Assembly (NCBI GenBank): GCA_051362555.1
Contig: CM120640.1
Location: 3,720,001-3,784,000, forward strand
Length of the DNA: 64,000 bases
Direction of reading: 5' to 3'
From: Lingula anatina
Taxonomy: Eukaryota; Animalia; Brachiopoda
Below the pieces are notes generated by a model. The model was not told the DNA's origin. It saw only the letters and a list, made by a program, of their open reading frames with translations, and searched no databases. Within the stretch, counting starts at the first letter, position 1; the number at the start of each line of letters is the position of its first letter. Both the position numbers and the translations under genes were made by a program. Positions 54,313-64,000 of this stretch are shown in pieces.

Positions 54313-55611
54313 AAATACCATATGCAGTATATGCACTATTTTAATGCCTGTGATTTGTTTATATTTAAAATAATATTTGTCAGGGGTTATAATAATTGTG
54401 TAGATATTGGTGGTATTCACAAACCTTTTTTAATTACTAATAAATATTATTGATGCAAGAAAACAATACCTTGTACATTCGTTCTTATGGTTTATTGAGG
54501 CACTGGAATTTAACCTGTCATATGTTTGAGAATTGTAGTATTTTTGGATAATCCTTTGTCGATTGCAATTGTTAAAATTGATTAATATCATAAATATATT
54601 ATGCTTATTACCATCCATAAAAGGTCGAAATGGAATGTTTTTTGATATTATTATTGCAAAATACGTTATGGGTTTTAATATACAACTTTTTATTATATAA
54701 ACTCATCACTTATCAACAAGGTCTCATGTTTTTAATTAATCCAGTTGCAGAGTGTTAGAGTCTGTCATTCTACAAAAAGTGCCTTAGTTGTATTTTTATC
54801 GAATTGTTTACAATCAAAATAAAATATTAAGTTAATAAAATCGCTCAGTGGAGCATGGACTCGCAAAATATATAATGAAGTAATTCAACCATGAATTGAG
54901 GAAAACGGGAATATTTGGGAAGGGGGCGGTCTTTGCATGGATGGAGAATCCCCCCCCCCCCTCCACACACACATACAAACACCTTCATGGTATTGTTATG
55001 CATGTATGATGTACTACCACTGGAGTTTACTATCATGCATGCATACTGTTACCTATTTCAAATAAGTTGACACGAAGGCATTTTTTAGCCGTCTGTAATC
55101 GTTCATTCATTGCCTTAAATTACATGGCTAGGGACTTAGAGTCCAATTTGTTCCAATTTGGTCGGTGTCTTTGAGGCATTCATGCAGCCTCTATCAGAGA
55201 CCTTAATAATTTAAAAACTTCATGATTTTTTACATATAATCAATAAACACGATCCTTTTGAAAATCAAATCAGTTCATCCTGCGTCTGTTATCTATCTAC
55301 AAAATAACGTGAAACAATAATCTCGGACAGAGATTTACCACAAACAAACAAACTCACAATCAAGCACACTAATAAACTTGAGAATTTTTTGTGCAAGTAT
55401 TAAGCTTCAGAGACCGAAGGTATAATAGGCCCGGTATAACGGCATATCAATGTATCTCCCGGCAATTATTCACCGCACGCATTGCTGGGGGCAGCGCCTG
55501 GTTTGGCACCTCCTGCCGCAGTTATCAACAGTTTAGTACGGACGACAGAGGAGGCGTTCTTCCATGGGGTTTTGTCTCGAGAGAATGGATTCCTCTTAAC
55601 ATCAGCAACGG

Positions 55612-58600
55612 ATGATGTATCCTTTGAGGCAGATTTTGCTGCTAACCATCACCACCGCCGCCTCCAAACAGTCAGCCATTGAAGGTAGGTTTACTCTGAT
55701 TGAAAAATTGTTCGCCATATAAAAGGACAAAATGTTGTGATTCGATCTCATAAATTACTTCATGCATATGTAGGCCTATGTATTTGAGTGAAATGTTACC
55801 AATGACACGTTGCAGCGAATCAATCTCGAAGACTGCCGGAAATAACTACATTTTACATTTTTCAAGTATATATTCCATTTGCGACAGCATTTCTTGATGA
55901 TTTGAAATGACAAAATATTCTCTTCGGGCTGTTATGACCTGTAGACATTTAGGCCGCCTACTGTCACACAGATCAAGTGATAGCCTATTTCTTTATAGCT
56001 GAGTTGGCTTTTTTTTTCAGTATTAGGGCCAAACCAGGCAATCGCTTGCTTCAACACGGCTGGACTTCAAACAGTGGACATTCGCTGTCCTGTTGGGTAT
56101 GAAATCGAAATCCTTGCCAACTCTGCCCAATATGGTGTCAGCCATTTTGGCGTCTGCTTCCAGACTGTCACCGATTGCATTGCGCCTGCGCCGACCCAGA
56201 ACCTTTGTTGCCACAGACAGTTATGTTCCTATTACATTCAGCAGTGGGGGAGAGTGGCTAACTGTGGAAATGCCAGCACCTACTACCAGGCTCGTTATTA
56301 CTGTGTAAGAGGTAAGATATTGTTTTTATATTGTTTTATATATAATAAATATACAGAGCATCCCACCAATTTCATTCAGCGGGAATAGAACTACAGGTAG
56401 GCCCCCTCAAATTAGGCCTACCACCCTTACCAACCGTAAACGTATGACGCAAAACAAAGTTATAGTATTCATGCAAACTTCCAGGTTGATTTCCCCAATA
56501 CAATCGATTTTCATTCTTTCTGTTCCACAGGGCGTCCGGCGTCATGTGGGGGAACATTGGCTGGTAGTGAAAGCGAAAGTATTCGTAGGAATCGTAGCGC
56601 AGCCTACCGCACTATTCTCTTTAAACGGCCCAGGAGACCACCTGTCTCAAGTAGTACCGCAGAGGTGCCAAATGTTACGTACGCAACCAACGTTTCATCA
56701 GACTCCATTACAGATTTAAAAATGCCATCAAGTACAACAACTTCGATTGAAACAACCACCGCGTTTTCGGTCACTTCCTCGCCCTCAGAGCTCCCAGGGC
56801 TCCAAACAACCATGGCGACACTGCTGACGAAGGAACCTATCTCGCATGTCAACTTGGGCACTCCAGCATCTGAAATACCAGCATCAGCTACCCCTGCTAG
56901 CAAAGACCCCAAGATGCAATACCAAGACAATGAAGCCATCAACAGGAGTAATTCACACGCCGTTAAAAACACAACAGTAACGCCTTTGGTTATGCAAACG
57001 AACATATCTCAAGATTCATATTTTTTAACGACTTCGGCACCAACGTTGCTTACAACGAATTCCTTGCCTACGAGGACCACCAAGTCACTACACTATGACC
57101 ATTCAACCACAACAGAAATGGGAGAAACACCATCTCCTACTCCCCTGACTGCTACTACCATTAAAACCACCACAGCTTCTCTCCGCTCATCATTGCTCAC
57201 TTTTCCCGCCAAAATAAAAGGAAACGAATCCTCCAAAAAGAAGGTCACAAAAATGTTAACTACAACAACTACAACACATTTCTTAGAAAAAGCACAAAAA
57301 ACGACACCTGAACCAGAACACGCCAAAACTTTACAAAGGATGGCGTCGGTGACAACAACGAGTGATACGATGATTCCTGTCAGTTGGAAACCAGCAAAAG
57401 TTACCGCTCCAACCAAGCTTCAAACCCCCTCCACCACAAGGAGCGCAGATGCAAAAGTCCCATTTGAGGAATTTGGGGCCAAACCGGAAGTTAACCCCCC
57501 AAATCCCAAGGCCACGAAAACAAATCATACAATTTCGCAAGAAAACACAAAAACGAGGCCAACGGCTTATAATTGGACAACACGACTCACCAGCTCCAGT
57601 GCTCCACTGGCCATTACTGGACAAGATTCCAAAGAAAATATGTCTGTTGCACAAGTAGATACCACTAAAATTGAAAACCACAGAACGCTAGAAGACAGCC
57701 TGAACCCTGTGTTGGGGACGGGCACCGTTCAGGATAAAGAAAAACCTGGTGGTATGACAAGTGAGTTCTTTAAAATTTCTTGCAATCTTCCTGAATATTT
57801 TCAACTGCCATTATAGTTTTTTGAGCAAAAATATGTCTTAAGCAATGTATGCACGATAATATTCAATGTACACGTTGCGTTCCTGCGCTGACAAAACTGT
57901 CATTTATCATTTTGAATGTTACATATTTTGCAGCCACTATAATTTCTTCGGTGGCGTCCATGTTAGTCCTCGTCATCCTGCTTGTTATCATTGTCTACAT
58001 TTGTAGAAAGAGGTGAGTCATCATTCTAAAATGCTAAAGAATAGCAGTGCTCTTTCCAAATCATTCATGGTTGTCATAATAAAAACATTTTCTTTTGTTT
58101 AGAAGTTCTTCCAGTTGTTCTTTCTTCAAATTAGTAGCTATTTAGCATCTACTGTTTATCATACGCCACTACCACATTAATTTTCCAGGAGGGTACCCAA
58201 AGACATCATCCAGTTTTACAACGCTGAAGACGACGACCACGTGCCCACCTATCAGAAGCCGTTCTACGACCTAGAGCTTGACGTGAAGTCCACCCAGAGC
58301 AACTGTTTGGGCGTCACCATTGGCTTTGAGGAGTGCTCAGACGACAATAGCACAGGCACAGGGACGCTTAAGAGCACGTGCACTACAACAATCAAGAGGA
58401 GCCGCCCTAGCAGCCAACGCAGTTCTCTTAAGAAGAAGCATGTATCTTTCTCAGATGATGGATTATCTAAAGAGTTTGCTGTGTATCACAACGGTGCATA
58501 TTGTGGGACAGAAACTTTTGATGATGAAAAAGCTGTAGCCCTGGACGATTTACCTGCAAACGTCTATGATGACGTTGCCTCGGTGGATGCTTTGAACGAT

Positions 58601-59326
58601 GTTCTACCCTGCGATATCATCGTACCTCCTCCCAAACCGTTCCGAGAGAGTTACAAATTTGATGACGTAATTTCCGAGTTTGTGAACGCGCAAATCTTGC
58701 GCCACGATGCACAAGCTGTGCCTTGTACCTCTTCTCCTCTGAGTTTAAGCCCAAGTAACGACTGCTTTGAAATGTCAGAGATGACAATGCGTGCCGACAG
58801 AAGACTCCCTTCCGACATTCTTCCCGACGTTCTTTCCATGCATACAAAACGAGACTGCCACTCTCCCTCTCAACAGCGCATCCGCCATAGACAGAATTCT
58901 GTAAGCTTGTCGTCTGCCTCCCAGCCATTCTTTGACGTCATGGAACCGACTGCGTTTGGCACTGAACACATTCCAGAGCCTTCGGTCGATGTCAGATATC
59001 AGTTTCCAAGGAAGAGATATCCAGAACTGGTCACAAGTTTTCAGTCCAACGGCTGGACTAAGACCCAAAGTGTTGATGATTTACTGGGATCTTATGGGGA
59101 TCCGTTCCAGCACAACGCTGCCCCCCTGCGGCGTTCCACCAGCTTGTACTCCGGATCAGACCTCTACGATAATACCAGTCTGACGGGCTATTTGCGAGCC
59201 CAGGCGAGCCAAGAGATGGAAAAAGAGCTTGAGATGATAGATAATGATATTCACTACATGTTCAATTCTGTGGACAGGAGAAAACGCCCCAAGAAACCAC
59301 GGCGACTCAGCCACCTGGACCTCTAA
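55612..59326 (+). CDS. Type I membrane protein with a divergent SUEL-like domain, ~400-aa mucin-like stalk and ~380-aa cytoplasmic tail (receptor B), 5 exons
   Basis: Exons approx. 55612-55684, 56021-56311, 56531-57751, 57934-58012, 58189-59326. Leader MMYPLRQILLLTITTAA; ACF...DIRCPVGYEIEILANSAQYG...C...DC...CCHRQLCSY...C...YYQARYYCVR; Thr-rich stalk; TM IISSVASMLVLVILLVIIVYICRKR. Confidence 0.85.
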
Positions 59327-62300
59327 GGATACCTGCAAAGTGTTTTCGAAGGTGAATACTTAATGGATGTTAAATAAATAAATAAAAATGAAAAATAGAA
59401 TGAAAATCAACAGTAATTATATGCTACCTGAAAATAAGACGGTGCTTACCGAGTGGATACCCAGCACCAGTTCCTATATCGTCTTTTACTCTATAGTCAC
59501 TGTGGGGCTGGGTTTGTACATTCAGTTTACAAGGTTTTTGATCAAACGGACCAGAACATTCACAACAGTCACCGGAAGGAAAGCTTATTTGTTTTGCGCC
59601 TTTATGGGTCCTAGTTTGTATCATTCAAACCTTAGGCAAATTACAAACAAAAACGTGACTGAATTTTTAGTGAGAAGAATTAACACGCCATTCTGCGCAT
59701 CACAATTCTGAGACATTAGATTAAAACCATCTTACATTACAATTAAGTTTTAAAAAACTTGCAGCATTTCACTGTTTCGGATTCTTTTACTGAAAACATT
59801 ATATACCGGGTAATACGACTTTATGAAATAAAAGGTGATGTAATACAATGTGTGCGTTTGTGATGACCTTGCTTTTATCCCATGATTTCTCTTTATCAAA
59901 CAGCAAATTAAAATCAATTAAATCCCTTTTTCTTTTAATCTAATCAGAAAATTGAAAATTTGGCCAAAGTAGACTATTTCCTCTTCAATGACTCTTCGTT
60001 ATCATCCATATCCAAAAACACCAATAGCACTAGGCAATAAATGCAGGTTAACTGTCCGCAATTGATGACGCAGCCTGCCGCTCTGATTTCCAGAGATTTT
60101 AGCCGCCAGCACTTAAAACATACATCGTTAATTCCCTCAGGATTAATTCACCTCATTGCCTGTAGGTGGTGTGCATCACACGGTTCACGAATTGCCAGTT
60201 TTACCTTGTATCTATGAGTACTGACCCTTAAAGTGCGACGTCTTAGAGTCATGTACTTGAGAAGCTCCCAGACAAAAAGAAAAAAACAAGAAAGAAATGA
60301 CCACTACTTTTTTCTTCGATGACTCTTATTCTGTTATTGCCTGAAACAATTCTTTATGTCATAAAGAAGGCAACACCTTGCATATCACTAGAATCTATAA
60401 ATCGTGAGAAAATTTCCTCCTCTGACATAGTTAATTTGCTCAGCATGAACTTCTCCATGCGAAATGTATCATATTTTAACTTGTTGAAACAAACTTAGGT
60501 GCCTTCGTCAGAAATGAATCTAGGAATTTTGATACTGGGAGGATTATCATTTGTTATACCAGGCTGCGTCTTTCAAGAAGGTATGGATATACATTTTCAT
60601 CTTTGTTTTCGTACTCAATACCTCTTCGTCAAAAAGTCATGCGTATGATTTAAAAATATTTTTGAAAATGCCTTTATGGTATAATTAGTTTAAGTTTATA
60701 TCAGACTTCTCATCCCAGAAGTGCACACTGTATAGTCACCATGTTTCTCACATAATTTGTCTCGTGCTGAATGATACTCGTAAATTTTTTATAATGCGTT
60801 TTGTGGACGCTTGAATGAGGTCTGGGCAGAGTTATTGACGATCGGCGATCCGCATTAACGAGGCTCGGATATTGAATAAGCGTTCTGATAAAGCTTCTGA
60901 AGCGAAAAAGGGGAAACGTGTGAAAGTTTTTGTTCTTAAACTATCTTAATTTGACCAGATGCCACGTTTTCACTTTGCACAACACGAAAGCCATTCGCTG
61001 TTGTTCCGGACACAGCTGGGAGTTAGGGACATAATAATCAACCAGACATATACTGATATATGCTATATATCTGAATGTTCAACCGCAGAGCATTACGTCA
61101 ACACTTTAGGCCTATTGTATTTGAAGTCCACGGGGATTGCGGGTTTTTAATTTATTTAATGCCGATTTGATTTGAAACTAGTTGATTATACTGTGACATA
61201 ATTTGACTCACTGCATCTTTACAAAATTCCCCCCTGGATACTTACACAGGAATTCCTGCTTACCTGTTTCTCCGTTGTAGAGTATGTCTGCACTCTTACT
61301 TATTTTCTTATTTACCGTACTAGCACATGATATAGGCCTATATTCATGTAAATGACGAAGACAAAAAATTCATATAATAAGTAATGCATAAATACTGAAC
61401 AGTAATTAAAGAATTAAAAGTTATCGATTTGAATACTGTATGTCCCAGTGTGGCGGAACTAGAATCCTGCTTAAGCAGGTCTCCATGTTTAGACTGTTCT
61501 TATTTTCTTTTTAAATGAAAATTACTTTGATAAGAGGGTGGGAAAATTCATTTATCAAAAGCTATGATTTGTTGAGTTGTTGTCGATTTCTGCAATATAT
61601 GACAAGTATTAAAAATCAGGTAATAGGCTTATAGTTTTATTGAAGAACATCTAAGACAGACTAGACACGGTCGTGCATTCCTCAAGGACCTGAAAATAAT
61701 AATAATGATGATGATAAATAGAATTAACTTAGAAAACTGTAATAATATAAAGTTTCGACATACTTCTCTACGACTATTTTAATGGTTATATTAGCTTTTG
61801 TAAATCAGGTGCTTACATTACTAAATAAAGTCAATCTCCTTTTCCACATCGAGCTGACTTAATTATTTTTTCGCTGTGTGGAAGATTTGCACCATGAGAA
61901 GTATCTATGCATATATTTTTTCCTTCATTGATACTAGTATATTTCGTACAATGGCTATGATCTTACAGTCTAATACTTGATATATCTAGAGGCATACATG
62001 TACAAGTAGTTAACGCTGTTCAAATGCTCGTCTGTGTGGTACAAAAATAATACTGGGAGAAATTAAAAGGAGTCGGTGCTCGCTCTCTCTCTTTCTCTCA
62101 TGACAAGTAATTAAACTTCCGGTAAAGTTTATACTTGGTATCATTACAGTATCATTTAGGGATTACTGCATACAGCTCTACTTTCAAATGAATTCATGAA
62201 TGTTTGTAAACTAGGAAGATAACCCGGCTTGATACCAACACGTGCGCTATGTTTTGTTTTAATTGGGTCATGGTAATATCAGCGTCACTGATTGGTCTAG

Positions 62301-62946
62301 AAGTTAGTTTGACCTAGTTGAAGTGGAGGTGCTCTGTGGGAAGATGTAAGCTGTAAGTTGCATGTTGTGTTGCAGGTAAAATGCTTTATTGTTTTATAAA
62401 AGTCACTCTTTTTTCCATACAGTTTGTAAGATATTAATTCAAACGATGAACCTTACAGGATCTCACGCATTGCAAAGTTTCGTGAGTTTTTAGGGTTCCT
62501 CGACTTAAGCATGGGGCTACATTCCAATTTTCCATTTCACAAATGTAATCAAGGAGTTATAACTCCTTGATTTAATTGTCTATGAAAATGAACGAGCTTA
62601 AACCTGGATACCGCAAATAATCATAGTCAAGTGCTTTTATACTGTTTTGCTTAATTACCAAAGTGTAAGATTACACTTGTGAAAGTCCAGGGCAACTTCA
62701 TTCTTGGACCCAATGATTTTTGCCTCAGAACCTGTACAGGCTACAGCATGGGTAGGTATCCTATAAGTATTTAATGCTTTAACCAAGCATGTAAGGCCAA
62801 AAACTGAAGCAAGGACCCATCATGTTACATTTACTGGTATGATGGGTCCAAGCTTCAGTGAGACGTCCATTGTGATAAAAAATGCAGGATTTTTTTCAGG
62901 ACCATCTCAAAAAAGACTTAATAAATGTGTCTTTTTTTTTCTTCAG

Positions 62947-63912
62947 TGAAAGTGCTCGACAGTTGTCCAAACACTCGTGTTACTTTCCAATGCCCTGGTG
63001 GTAATAAGATCAACATAATCAAAGAACAGTATGGCCACAACCCCTCTGGTGGCAGGTGCGGAGCACCAGGTCCTCTGGACTGTAAGATTGATGCTAAGGT
63101 AATGAAACTGATACAATAACAAGATTACAAAAATTGTAAGAATCTATACATACCTCTCTAGAAATCTTTTCTATTTTCCTTGTATCTTGCGAAATTTGAC
63201 AAAATTTTGATAACATTCCAAATTGAGTTATTTTTTTAAGTTTATTTCAAGATTTTATATAGAAAAGTTATTTAAATATCTCCAGTTGATTTTACCTAGG
63301 ATTCAATATGATGCTAGATCCTAGATTTTACATAAAATAATACAGTATTAATTTTGTTTCTTTCCAGGTCATCATACAGCGCTGCCATGGTAGGACCAGC
63401 TGTAACTCCTATGCCACCACCGGCCAGTTGACAGCTGCTCAGTGTGCGGATGTGGGATATAATTTAGATGTTCTTATCAACTATGTGCACATTGAATATA
63501 CCTGTCTACCCGAAGTCAGTAAGTGCTCTTTATTCACAGTTTAATATGTCTCACAAAATTCTGTCATGAAACCCAGGATGCTAAAATAACACCATTAATT
63601 GGAACAGGGAACCATCCCTTATTATACGTCACAGATTAAAATTCCTGGCAAATCAATTTGGTCATCTTTTAACTAGTTTTGAACCTGCAGTGTCTAATAC
63701 GTACTGCATCCTTAGCAAGGAATGAAACAACTGAATGAATCTTTTTTCAATTTGATTAATCTACATAATTTTTTTTTCAGGGGCAAGGTTGGCTTTGAAA
63801 GCGGACTGCAATCCAGGCGTCGACAGATGCGCTGACTACTTCGCTCTCTGTGATGCGCAAACACGATCATGCCAATGTGAGGAGGCATACTATGATAAAG
63901 GTGGCGCTTGTG
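62947..63912 (+). CDS. Partial gene: SUEL-like domain followed by an EB/EGF-like module; continues beyond the window
   Basis: Exons approx. 62947-63098, 63368-63518, 63781-63912. SCPNTRVTFQCPGGNKINIIKEQYG...C...DC...RCHGRTSC...C...YVHIEYTCLP, then CNPGVDRCADYFALCDAQTRSCQCEEAYYDKGGAC. Upstream exon(s) around 62422-62755 are unresolved. Confidence 0.75.
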
Positions 63913-64000
63913 GTAGGTTGACTGATAGTAAGGCGTGAAAGATGGAATGTTAAAATTGATCTAAACTTCATAATTATAAGTAAATATATTTATAGATGTT

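Noticed and set aside
59388-59711. 107-aa ORF after receptor B
   Set aside because: It lies in probable 3' UTR or flank, with no recognisable motif or splice support.

Overview
AT-rich, intron-rich eukaryotic (animal, probably invertebrate) genomic DNA. A mollusc or other lophotrochozoan is plausible, but that is inference only. No prokaryotic features, CRISPR arrays, rRNA or tRNA were seen. I assembled spliced gene models by hand from splice signals and reading-frame continuity. In order: a possible terminal exon of an unknown + strand gene; a - strand DEK-C+SWIB gene (UAF30/Spp27-like) head-to-head with a TPR + two-TM gene, their ATGs 117 bp apart; a 13-exon tryptophan hydroxylase; a ~1000-aa low-complexity protein resembling vertebrate LRIF1 at both ends; a secreted Ly6/three-finger-like + chitin-binding-like (CBM14) fusion; a - strand membrane-anchored YccV/HspQ-domain gene; and a cluster of three divergent SUEL/rhamnose-binding-lectin-like genes with an ShKT membrane-protein gene between the first two. 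Several non-autonomous DNA transposons (Harbinger-like, Kolobok-like, one nested insertion), tandem repeats and two GC-AG introns are also visible. Family assignments come from remembered motifs, not database searches, and exon coordinates may be off by a few bases.
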